From the NCBI GenBank assembly GCA_002633005.1, contig NMRA01000335.1, forward strand, positions 124,001 to 188,000: a stretch of DNA of 64,000 nt, written 5' to 3'. Shown piece by piece: positions 53,136 through 64,000 of the stretch (positions are counted from its first letter, which is position 1; each line of letters opens with the position of its first letter). A program made the translations under genes and the position numbers. Source of the stretch: Phoronis australis (taxonomy: Eukaryota > Animalia > Phoronida). Under the pieces are notes generated by a model. It did no database searches. It was not told where the DNA came from and saw nothing but the letters and a program-made list of their open reading frames with translations.

Positions 53136-53902
53136 TATGTTGGTGTGGTAATTACGGAAAGAGGGTAAAGACAAGAATACCAGCTTTACAAACCTGGTCT
53201 TACAAATGAAAATTCAACTGGCTATGAACCAAATCAGAATTCTACCAAATTGAAAGTGGTTAGCTTTTGATTTAGAGCACTTACCACTGCACAACTGATC
53301 TCAAATTGTTCCTAACTCAAAAGAGAAGTGCTTTGTGGACCAGTCAAAATCCGCAAGTACTACTGCAGGAGACAACTGACAATTCTTAAAAAGCACAAAA
53401 ATCTTCTGAAATGTGACTGAGGACCAATACGAGACCAATAACGGGGAAGGGTATCAATTACAAAATTGTTTTTGGGACAGAAAACAGGTTTTCAACTGCT
53501 TTAAACATGCAGAAATGTAGTGAAAATTTGCAATTCAAAAATTCTGCAGAAGACTCCCGGGGTTTCATGGCTGTTTCTACTGGCCCATTGTGACAGTCTG
53601 ATTACCAAGCTGGATACACAGTGTTGGTACAAAAATTCAAGAAATCTTTGTCTAGAAGAGTTGATTTATTATTTTTGGATCCTGGGTGAATGATAATGTC
53701 CATCTTCAATGTACATGAAAAAAATGTGCTTACATAAACAGGCCTTATTTTCACGACTACAGAAATCCTCACAATACAACAATTTGAAGTCGGCAGCAGT
53801 AAACATGAAGAAATTCCCAAATGAACTAAGTCTTGTGTGGACTGTCATCCCAACAGGCACAAACAAATAGCAATAAGTTTAATTTTTCTTGCTCCTCTGG
53901 TC

Positions 53903-53929
53903 CTACATTTTCTGTATAGTCCGGTTCAT
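53903..53929 (-). CDS. EIF3L: eIF3L terminal coding exon (MNRTIQKM*)
   Basis: tttttcag acceptor; resembles the eIF3L C-terminus; TAG stop. Confidence 0.9.
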   Translation of the reverse strand: MNRTIQKM

Positions 53930-56900
53930 CTGAAAAAATATATTAAAATAAGAGCTGTACAAATGAAAACGACAACATGAAATAACATCAAACGCTTTGT
54001 TCTCAAGGCCATCACACCATGCATGGTCTATGGTGCGTCCGATTGGTAATGTCACCCATAATATACACATGTGCATATGACATCTCAATGTGGCCACTAC
54101 TGGCTAACCATGAAACATATCAGTGGACACTATTGCCTCGTGCATGTAACATAACAGTTGATCACACACAGCTACGATCACTCACAGGTCAGAGACTGGT
54201 TCTCACTCAAACGTCGCAACTCAATATTTTTGCTAGCGGCCAAATGCAGACTTTTCTCCATAACATACAAGTACGACTGGTCGTCAGTATCTGTTTCAAG
54301 TGAGTGAAAAATGTCACAAATGTATATTTTTAGTGAAACAGGTGCCTACATACTTGACAACGCCATGTGAGGACAGTCTGTATCATGCAGCTACAACCAC
54401 ACATAATGTCACCCAGTCAGGGCAACATCACATACTCCACAACAGTAAAATAACGTCTGTGAAAACCTACATAGTAGTTTTCTAAATGAGCTGGAAACCA
54501 CTAACATTCGACAAAATTTTGACGGAATATCACCTAGCAAATATCCATTTCTATTTGCCAATGACTGGGCCATGTATTAATTCTGGAAAAATCCCAACTG
54601 GTTTGGTTGCAAGTTCTTTTGCAAATATCCAATTAGTATCTAGGCACTACAAAGTAGCTCTGGCTAAAGCTTAACAAAAAACATTTTAGTGAGCAAAAAA
54701 GTTTTACTTAACTGCCAAAATAAGTCTGGCAAGAAGTTCCTCCAAGTTTGAAAGAATAGAACAGAATTTCATCGAAGTCTGTCTAGTGTGTTTTGAAACT
54801 ACTGTATATTGTAAAAGAGACCATTTTTGAGGTTTATAAGTACGGCACATAAGCACTCTAAATTTTACACGACTACACTGTAGACTGAAAGAAGTTCATT
54901 GATTGATGAGTTCCAAATCTGAGGTCAACATGATTAAAGTATTTGGCCTTATTGCTGTTTGTGGCTTTAAATGAATAATGTTCAAGTTTGGAGACAATTT
55001 GAAATGTCAAAGGTGAATAACTTATCATAGTATTAACAAGAGTTACCAACAAATGAACAGAATGACTGTTAAGAGGGACACCACAGTCCACACACAAACA
55101 CACACACACACGCACAAACCATGAATCTGGTGCTCATGCCCCGGGCTTGTAACACATGCGTGCTGATAAAGTTTCTTTTGCTCATTAGATAACAAGACAC
55201 AAATATCTTCCAAAGGAATGGTTCTCCTGTACTCTCGTTTAAAGCGTGTGGATATTAAGAACAGTTCCTGGTAACCTATGATTAAATCCATGTTTACACA
55301 CCCCAAGTTTTTGTCTGACTTATCAACAAATGGAGTGCATTGACAGAAAGACATTCTTAACATTGAGCAATGTTAAGTCGCTGCTTAGAGACACTTTGAC
55401 TTCACAGCAGCATGAAAGCACTGCAGAGTATCTAGAATACTGACCTCTTCAAATTTATGAATCTGCCTGATGAAAAAATCACCATAGCGACGGGCAACTT
55501 TGGTGTCAGCAATGTGGATCATATCCTGTGGAAAAAATAAATGACATATTACACCATGGACAAAAATCTACCAAACAGACCTATGTAAATTTTAAATCAA
55601 AGGACGAAAGAAACAGGATGAAACTAGAACAGCTGTTGCTTTTCAAGATATTGATGATATATTACATTAGTATAATTTGGGAAGCGAATTCAACTGAATT
55701 GCAAAAGAGAAAAATAGTGCAGGTGGTGTAATAGACATTGCACAAGACATGCGCAAACGGCTCAGCTGAGCCCATTGCTTCAAACAGCTCAAACCTCTTT
55801 TTTCATTAATATACACATATAATACATAAACAAATTTAAGCCCCAGCTGAGGATCTAGATACCTGATCCAACAGTCTAGTGGCGATGGGATTTGAACCAA
55901 AGACGTTGAGAACATGAGGCAGGAGCTCAATTGACTAGGCCACACTGCCTCCTCAAACAAACTAGGCAACTTCCAATTCTTAATGTCAAACTTACACCAT
56001 CAATGTAGAAATCCACTTCAGATGAAGACTGGAATTCACCCTCTAAACCACTAGTGCCACCTGTCCACACAACGTTCTTCATTTTGTGCTGGGAATTACA
56101 GATATAATACACGTGATATTCTTTGATAGGGTCATAGATATTTTCACGAACAGCAAAAACTTAAGATCTACAACAAACTATCATTCACTTTGATGCTATA
56201 TTTTATCTGGACACATGAAAACCTCTGTTATCAGACGTTGTTGAGACACAATGTAGAGTATGATAATCCGATCCTATTGAGACACAACGTAGAGTCTGAT
56301 AATCAGACCCTGTCGACACACAATGTAGAGTCTGACAATCAGACCCTGTTGAGACACAATATAGAGTCTGACAATCAGGCCCTGTTGAGACACAATGTAG
56401 AGTCTGATATTTGGGAAACATGATGAGTTCCAAAATTGCTTACGTCCCAATTAAGAAAATTCAATTTCAGTTTTGAATTTAGGTGTCCCAAAATTTAGTG
56501 ACTGCTCCATACTTGAGAATTTTTACAGTAATTAGAATCGCAACATTTGTATGAAAGGTACAAGTGATGCCACAACAATAAAACATTTAAAGCAAGTGTG
56601 TTATACACTAGTGCCAGTCACACTACCAGGGCCCGGTCTCTAATCTTTGTACTCGAAACAAACTCGAAACTATTTTTGGCAATTTCTCTGCTCCTTTTGT
56701 GCGAACTTAAGATAATTGGTTATCAGACTGTGCTCGAATACATTATAGTTTATGCATAGGAGTTTCTAGTTCAAGTTTGCCCTTGAAGACCCTTATATTC
56801 GTGCTACAAACGCGAGTAAAAACTCGAAATTTCGAGTTCAAACTCGAACTTATTGCTTTAATATTGGGTTTACAAAGTGTGAACTAAGGGCAATAAATTA

Positions 56901-59900
56901 TCTACGTAAGTTATTGTGTACTCGAGCATAGAATAATAGACACTTATCTTGAGTTTGCCCAAAAGTAGAGTACAAAATGCCAAACCTAATTTCGAATTGC
57001 ATTTCGAGTAAAAAGATTGAAGACCGGGCACAGATATCCTGGAATAATTACTCCTGGAACCAATGCAAGTTGTTCCAAGTTCACCTCAGTACAAATGGAC
57101 ACAAACCTTCAGCACATTTGCTCAATAATATACACACCGGTTACATACTCTAAACAATTCACAGAAGAACTACTGTACCCACTCTAAACTTTAAAAATAT
57201 AATAAACTTTTAAGAACGCCCATGCCCACCCCCAATTTCTAAGATAGCTACATCTGTCTTTGAGAAAGGCTTCAAGCAATTTTGCTTAGCTCAGAGTAAC
57301 ATACAGTGAAACTGTGCCCTATTTGGGGGGAGGGGAAATACCCAATTCTTACTGAAGGAGTCATGAAATGGTTTTATGGATCATTATCAAAACTTGAGTA
57401 AAAAATAATGTTAAAAGCATTAATTTCCCTTTCAGGTAAATGCCTGCCCTTACATTCTAAAAATAGTGTTTTTAAACGCCTACGCTTCACTTATTGCCAA
57501 CTTCTGATTTTTGAGTTTTCCAATTTAAGCGTCCTCGATATTACCTTCAAAAGTACGGTACATCCACTTTGAGCAACTTAAAACTGCAGTGATTTAACTA
57601 TCAATTCAATCTATTAATAACTAGTAAATGTTTTTCAAAAGCTTTACATATCACTATCTTACCTTGAAACACATTAAACATGTGCGTAACTGCTCCTCAG
57701 TCTGGAAAGAGATTAAAATGCCTTACATGTCAAACGTACAAGACAATCTGTGTTGTATGGAAAGTGCTTAAAACCAATATTTACTTTGTTTTGACAAGTG
57801 GCTACATTGTCAGCATCATTCAACCACCCATTTGAAGCACTGCCTACTGCAACCATGAATTCAATTGAAATTTTCTTATCTTTACAAATATGAATGACAC
57901 GAATGAGCATACCCAGCGTCAGTGTGTAATGTCCATTGACACGCAAGTTTCTTGAACAAACTTGTGACATATCTGCACTTCTCTGATGTCCCGCGGGAAA
58001 GTGAAAAGAACTCCAGTGTGGTCAATTACCGAGTTGTCACAACAATCATAAACACAATGCCTACCATTCTTTATTATATGATAAACCATGGGAGAACTAG
58101 CAGCAATATATGACAACTTCACACTAAACAAAATGGAGGATAACTAATGCTGTGATTGGCTGTCCGGATTCTGTGTAGTATTTCTTGACCAATAAATGCT
58201 CGTAACTAGACATCAGCTAATTAACATATGGTCAGATAGTGTAAGCAGGTTTCTAATTTGGCAGCTGATCGACTGGTGGGTTTGTTGTTTCAAGTGTTTT
58301 TGATATGAAATTGGTGATTCTAAGCACTTTAAGATTGTGGTAAATAACCTCGAGAGGAAAGCCCACATTTCCAGAACTAGATTTATGCCCGTTATTCAGT
58401 GGAGAAAACGGGTTCTCAAAATGTGGGCACGTTATATCCGACTATTACCAGCCCCGGGTAACAAAGCTTGAACTGTATGCCAAAGCTGGATGTGTAAATA
58501 AAACTCAGGGTGGAGAGCAAGTAGAGGGTACTGTGTGGTGTTTGTGTTTGGCAACTATAGAGACTGAGATTTTGACGACCGCATATGGCACATTTGTCTC
58601 AAACACTGTGCATGACAACTAAAAAGTATAAAATGCATTAAGGTTAATAGGTAGGGTCTCATTAGCCAGTTTGGGTATTTAGCCACAAACCTATAAAACT
58701 ATAGATTTTAACACAGCAAAAGCATATAGTTTTCCCCAGAGGAAAGCCTGTAGAATTTGATTTTCAAGTTTTACCAACCTGGCATTAATTGGGTCAAATA
58801 CCATGTCTTTTTAGTAAAATGTAGCAAAAGTAAAGAAGCAAAATAACGGTATCAATAACACAATCAAACTGTACTTGATGTAAGCCTTCAAGATGAGATC
58901 TGAAAAACGCTGTAGTAGTTTTCTAAAATAATTTGTTTTTAGTTTTTCAAGAAAATCACAAAGTAATTTTTATGATAGCCCCTCATGCAAAAGTGGGACA
59001 CTTTAAACAATAATACAAACGTTGTTTTGGAGAATGGTGCATAAACCATAATATATGAAAGAATCATTCGAACCCAATTAGCCATTTCTGAGATATGATG
59101 TTCCGAAGATAGGCAAATTGTTCAAGTTTTTCTAGGATCCTACATAATCTGTTCGTAGACAGATAGATACATGGTGGGCAAAACTCGAATTTTTTATCAC
59201 CAGATTCAAACTGAGAAACTCACCATTTCCATAAATGCTGCGAGCTTGGAGATGGGCAGAGTCGTGTAGAGTTTCAGGTAGCTGAAATGAATACATACTG
59301 TCTAAGCCACGTTTGCACTTCTGCTAAAAAAGGATTGCATTCTGAAGACAATTTTCTAGACAGAAACGCAAAAAAAATCATGTGCCACTGAGTGAAAAGC
59401 ATGTGTTTCGCAAGTGTGCTCGAGACATTACTAGCGTGACACAGCAAAATGGCGGCCATTGAAGTGAGTCGGTGAGGTTGGAATGTTGAATTGTGGTATA
59501 GTGTTTACTTTGAATGTTCCTTAAGGGAAGATTCTCCATAACAAGTGCATGACGATTGCCTTGGGGCTACAGAGTGCAGCACTGGTCTACAACCAGCCTC
59601 AGACTGAAAGCTTCCCAGTGCTGGCACAGGTCAAAAAGCTTTACACGAACAACAAGTGTTGCAAAAACCTTCCCTGATAGAAGAAAAGAAGTTCTTTCTG
59701 AAAAGGTATGATGTAACAAACCTGCGCACAGTAGTCAGCATGGCCTGTTGATTTACTTCATCCATGAACACCTTCAGCTGCAGCATGTAGGGTTCCTGGG
59801 AGATAGATGAAGAAACAATTAGTATTGACAATTCAAAATCAAATCTATATTTCTCCAATCAAATGATGCCGATTCCCATCACTGACATGCAGATTGTTCA

Positions 59901-62900
59901 CACAAAACAAATGAAACATTTTCAACAAAGCTGAGCTTCATCAAACTTAGAAGTGCGATATCTCAGTGAGTGAAATACCAAAAAGATTAAACTATCTGCA
60001 ACAACTTGTTTGCAAATTTTCCAGAAAAGCCAACTTTTGGCAACAATAATGAAAGCGATGGTATTGTGTACAATGATGTCGCCCTCATGCCCAAATTACA
60101 AGAAAAGCAAGTTGCTTACATTGACAAAATATTTTTTTTGACATTATACATTAGTTGAATAAGTTACACTAAAAGAGTGGCTATTGTAAACAAACCACAT
60201 GTCATATAATTCAGGTTGGTCTCTGTGGAAGCAATCTACCAGAAAATGTTAGTCTTACCTTGTGAAAGTTGACAGCCACAGCTTCATAATTTGGTGGCAC
60301 AGGTGAGAGGAACTTGGGGCAGGCAAAGGAAAAGCAGTTCTGAAACTCTGCCAGGTCTCTGTAGAAAGAAAGTCAACAAGAGTCAACAAAAAGGATCCCT
60401 GTGAATAAGGTTGTCAGATGTACTTGCACCTTTATGAAGGCCTTGATAAGTATTACAAAGAAACAAATAGTTATGTGACATAGCTTTTTGGCCTTTTTAT
60501 AAACTAGAATAAGAAATGCAAAACAGTCAAAAATCAGACATTTTCCCACTTCTTCACTCGAGAAGAATTTCATACTTCATTGAAGTTTCAATCGAATCTA
60601 TCCTCATACTTTCTTGCCAAATGAGACTATGTATATTATTGGGTTTCATATAAATGATAAAAATACTAATTGAAAATCCTCTTGGAACCAAAGAACTGTA
60701 CCTTGATTTGGTAAGTGTACAGCCGTTTCGTCCACATCTCATGGACTTGATCACCAGCGGGTGCGCCCTCTGTTGTTGTAGAATAAAATGATAAAAAACA
60801 GTACTGGGGATTCCTTAATGTTGGGGAGAGGGAAATCCCATAACAGATCCGAATAAACTGTGGATAGATCAAGTCCAGGATCTCTGTTAAGACTAGGTCT
60901 GTGGACTGGGATCTCAACTGCTTCTTGTACCCTGCGCTTCCACTTCCTTGGGTGTAGATATATACTGAACTCCTCATCAGAGATCTGGTGATGGAGGTCT
61001 CTTGCATGCTCTTGGACCGCAGTAATAGGTCTAAGGTTGGGGTTACGATGATCCTTAATCCTGGTTGGTAACTGGTGATCCGTCTCACCGATATTAATGT
61101 CAGGACACTTACCAAACTTGTAGTCATAGAGGAGAGATGTCACATCTTTCACTGATGACAGAGGGCGCTCCGGGTGGTGAATCAAGTCCGTGAGATATGG
61201 ACGAAACGGCTGTACACTTACCACATCAAGGTATGGTTTTTTGGTTCCAAAAAGGATCTTCACCAAGTATTTCCTTGCCAAATATTCTCATTTATTTCAT
61301 AATCATGCACCTCGCCTTATCTTCCAATATGATCAAACTGAATGAACTTCATCTCACATGAAAAGAATCTAACGTTGACACCTTTACCAGTCGAGATTCG
61401 GCAACTCAAGCAGTTTGCTAACCTCGAAATCTTTTGAATTTTGAAAATCGGACAAAAAATGTGAGTTTTACAACCTAAAACAGCCATATCATGTTCCTCA
61501 TTAATTATGCTGGGTATGCAATTAACAAACCAGCAGGCAGTTGTTGGATTTTGAAGTAAACTACATGTCATCCTAGAAGTCTTGGTATGATAAAATAACC
61601 GCGCCTACCCCTTCTGCATGCGAATCATCTTGTCATTGAATTTCTCCTTCAGCTGGGAGTGCACACTCTCATCAATTCTCATTGGATGCAGCACCAGGCA
61701 GACTGCCAGCAGTGTGTACATCTTCTCATTCTGTTTGTTAATCTGCAACAACACAAACATCACAATCAACGTTGCATAGGACCAAGGAAAAATGTTCAAA
61801 CTAATTTTGGAACAACATATCTCAGAAAATGGCCGACTGGATTCGTATGAATTGATACTGTGGTTCATGCACCGCTCTCTAAAACATTTTTCGGAATTGT
61901 TTTTAAAATATGTGTCTTTTGCTCGAGAGGCTACCAAAAATAGGATTTTTATTACATTTATGAAAAAAATCAAGCCTTATAAATCCATTAAGAAACCAGT
62001 GGTTGCATTTTTTGAGTTCATCTGGAACGTTTATGTCAAATGAAATTCGGTCAGACATGTTATTGATACGGCATTTTGCTATGAATGTACTGTTCTTTTC
62101 CTCAATGGCAAATTTTATTACAAAGATTGTGAAAGACATGGCAAATTGAGACCACTTACCACTGTCAGATTGGTCTCAATTTGTTCCTTACTTAGATAAG
62201 AATTAGGTTCGCAAACAACTGGCACTTCATTATTCCTAGATAAAATGCTGTGCACACAAAATGACAAGCCACATGACAAGTCAACTTGGAGGCTATGGTC
62301 TGGAGCAATAATGTACTGCCAGTTCTTTCAATCCCTGATATAACCTCCAATTTGACTGAGGAAAAACTGAGACCAATTCTGTCATCATAAGTGGTCAGAA
62401 AGCATCCTCAATACCATTAGGGGATCATTTGAAATCAATTTCATAGTGATGAGTGGTCTAAATCAAAAGTAAAGTTGTTCTTTTTGTGATGGAAGGCTGG
62501 TTTATAACCACATTTAATGTACATCATCAACTAACATTCCAGTGAGGTACGGGGAATGAGATGCCCACCTGATCATGCAGGAGTACCTCCAGCCAGACGC
62601 AATGGATAAGATGCCTACCTCATCATACAGGAGTGCCTCAAGCCAGATGCAATGAATAAGATACCTACCTGATCATACAGGAGAGCCTTATTCTGCAACA
62701 TCTTGTTGGTCCTTTGGATATACAACAGAATGTTGGAGAAAGTGCGGATGGCATCCTGGTAACGCCGCATCATCATGTAGGCGAAGCCGACGTAATAGTA
62801 CGTGGTGATCTGGCAGGCTGGCACTCGAGAGTACATGTTCTGAAAAGAGGAAAACAAATCATGCACATTGGACTGGTTGCCAACCACAGCGTCTGAAGCG

Positions 62901-64000
62901 TGACTGCATAATAATCATTCAACTCCTCAAGGACAAGATGCTAGTTCATGGCTCGTTACTCACAAACCACGACTGGAACTCTAGTGGATGAATGGACAAG
63001 AATGTTATATAATGGCACGTTTAAATTCATTGTCATGTTTCTTCCTAATAGGAAGTTGAAAACAAAAACAATGCTAGAGTACAGCACTAAAACAACGTTT
63101 CGATGTTAATCAAACATCTTCAGGTACAATCGCAGACAGAAAACAAAACATCGTAATGTTCACATCATATCACAACGCACTGCACAAGACCTGTCAACTA
63201 AAATCTCTACCACAACTCTAGCCCATACACTCTAACATTCCTATTCAGTAAGTGACCACTCAGCATGGAAGGCCTGTATGTGAACAGCCACACGGATTAA
63301 AAATTTGGTAGTTATTGCCTTGCTCATACCAAAGTAAAATTCATGGCAATAGTTGCAGTTCACTTGATAAACTACATTTATTTACTGCTTTGCACAGTGA
63401 CATGAGTTTTTCATACAAGCAAGATCAGGTTTTGCAATAAATTCAGTCAATGGTATCATATTTTAGGCTCTGATTGGTAGACAAAGGAAATATTAAGCTG
63501 TAGAGTTTGCGTGATAGAATATCAACGATCGTGTTCTGTGGCGTGAAGGTAAATGGTTTACTGACTCTTTTCTAGTGAAATAAATCAGACTAAAATGTTT
63601 TACCAAATTCATGATATTTCTAGAGTGTAAGAAAAAGATATACAACGGTACGTGATGATAAAATCACTGTAATCTCCTTAATTCTATTGAGTCTGTGATA
63701 AACCTCTGTCTCTCTACAACCAGTATTTTGTAAAAACAAGCTACAGTTAACTAGACCTCTATGCTCTGGTGCATAACAGAGCTAATGAGTTTACCCGACA
63801 CTACAAGAACTGATCTTCATTACTAAGGGGGGATAGTGGTAGTTCACTGCTGACTGCATAAATGAACCTTACCTTCTTATTAAAGTCAATGTTCTCCAGC
63901 ACCTTGAGTGCCTGATAGTAGTCACCTAGCAGAGAGTGTAGTCTAAGGAGACCGACCAGACTGAAGTAGCCCAGCATTTTATAGAGGGACTTGCGACCAA
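53903..64000 (-). CDS. EIF3L: Eukaryotic translation initiation factor 3 subunit L, 3' part (spliced span; 5' part beyond right edge)
   Basis: Ten exons join in frame: [27 protein letters not shown]...[19 protein letters not shown]...CPKFLSPV...HKMKNVVW...[35 protein letters not shown], recognisably eIF3L. Confidence 0.97.
55445..55525 (-). CDS. EIF3L: eIF3L exon ([27 protein letters not shown])
   Basis: 81 nt, ccacag / GAG|gtcagt. Confidence 0.95.
55830..55951 (-). mobile_element. tRNA-derived SINE head in eIF3L intron
   Basis: A box gtggcctagtc, B box ggttcaaatcc. Confidence 0.6.
55996..56088 (-). CDS. EIF3L: eIF3L exon (HKMKNVVW...VDFYIDG)
   Basis: 93 nt, tcccag / GGT|gtaagt. Confidence 0.95.
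56230..56409. repeat. 36-bp minisatellite, 5 copies
   Basis: Unit atcagaccctgttgagacacaatgtagagtctgaYa. Confidence 0.9.
56627..57033. mobile_element. MITE with ~35-bp TIRs
   Basis: gcccggtctctaatctttgtactcgaaa / tttcgagtaaaaagattgaagaccgggc. Confidence 0.8.
57663..57701 (-). CDS. EIF3L: eIF3L 39-nt exon ([13 protein letters not shown])
   Basis: ttccag / AAG|gtaaga; fills the expected gap in the protein. Confidence 0.9.
59224..59281 (-). CDS. EIF3L: eIF3L exon ([19 protein letters not shown])
   Basis: 58 nt, tttcag / ATG|gtgagt. Confidence 0.95.
59722..59795 (-). CDS. EIF3L: eIF3L exon ([14 protein letters not shown]...TVR)
   Basis: 74 nt, tcccag / AG|gtttgt. Confidence 0.95.
60259..60358 (-). 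CDS. EIF3L: eIF3L exon (DLAEFQ...[12 protein letters not shown]...FHK)
   Basis: 100 nt, ctacag / AAG|gtaaga. Confidence 0.95.
60661..61272 (-). mobile_element. Penelope-like element fragment: GIY-YIG endonuclease between inverted pLTR-like repeats
   Basis: LYDY..GKC...IGET...L.TRIKDH...AVQEHA...H...[11 protein letters not shown]...LNRDPG..L..VY; ~110-bp inverted repeats 60661-60773 / 61158-61272. Confidence 0.85.
61609..61742 (-). CDS. EIF3L: eIF3L exon (INKQNEKM...RMQKG)
   Basis: 134 nt, ttgcag / GG|gtaggc. Confidence 0.95.
62558..62688. repeat. 50-bp tandem repeat (2.6 copies) spanning an eIF3L exon/intron junction
   Basis: agatRccYacctSatcatRcaggag at 62559, 62609 and 62659. Confidence 0.9.
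62669..62839 (-). CDS. EIF3L: eIF3L exon (NMYSRVP...LLYDQ)
   Basis: 171 nt, tttcag / CAG|gtaggt. Confidence 0.95.
63090..63128 (-). ncRNA. Minimal hammerhead-like motif in eIF3L intron
   Basis: ac CUGAAGA UGUU-ugauu-AACA uc GAAAC GUU gu. Confidence 0.45.
63873..64000 (-). CDS. EIF3L: eIF3L exon, partial ([12 protein letters not shown]...IDFNKK)
   Basis: AAG|gtaagg donor. Confidence 0.95.

Noticed and set aside
56230-56409. CRISPR-like 36-bp repeats
   Set aside because: Units are head-to-tail with no unique spacers, there are no cas genes, and the context is a eukaryotic intron

Overview
Eukaryotic (intron-rich, AT-rich, invertebrate animal-like) genomic DNA, so most ORFs in the track are spurious or exon fragments. 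Two spliced genes can be assembled by hand, both on the minus strand with phase-consistent GT-AG junctions. (1) The 3' part of eIF3L: 10 coding exons, 53903-64000, continuing past the right edge. (2) The 5' ~2060 codons of a polycystin-1-like receptor (WSC-like, PKD repeats, REJ): about 22 exons from ~51598 to 1422, continuing past the left edge. The introns are full of decayed mobile DNA: a 7.5-kb Kolobok transposon (TTAA TSD, transposase and KolX remnants), THAP-bearing remnants, hAT and LINE fragments, a Penelope GIY-YIG fragment between inverted repeats, MITEs and tRNA-derived SINEs. The most interesting observations are a tRNA-headed element carrying a minimal hammerhead ribozyme and Pol III terminator (44520-44758), further hammerhead-like motifs in eIF3L introns, a triplicated eIF3L splice donor, and apparent fossil PKD-domain exons inside polycystin introns. 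All calls come from manual reading; no searches were run.
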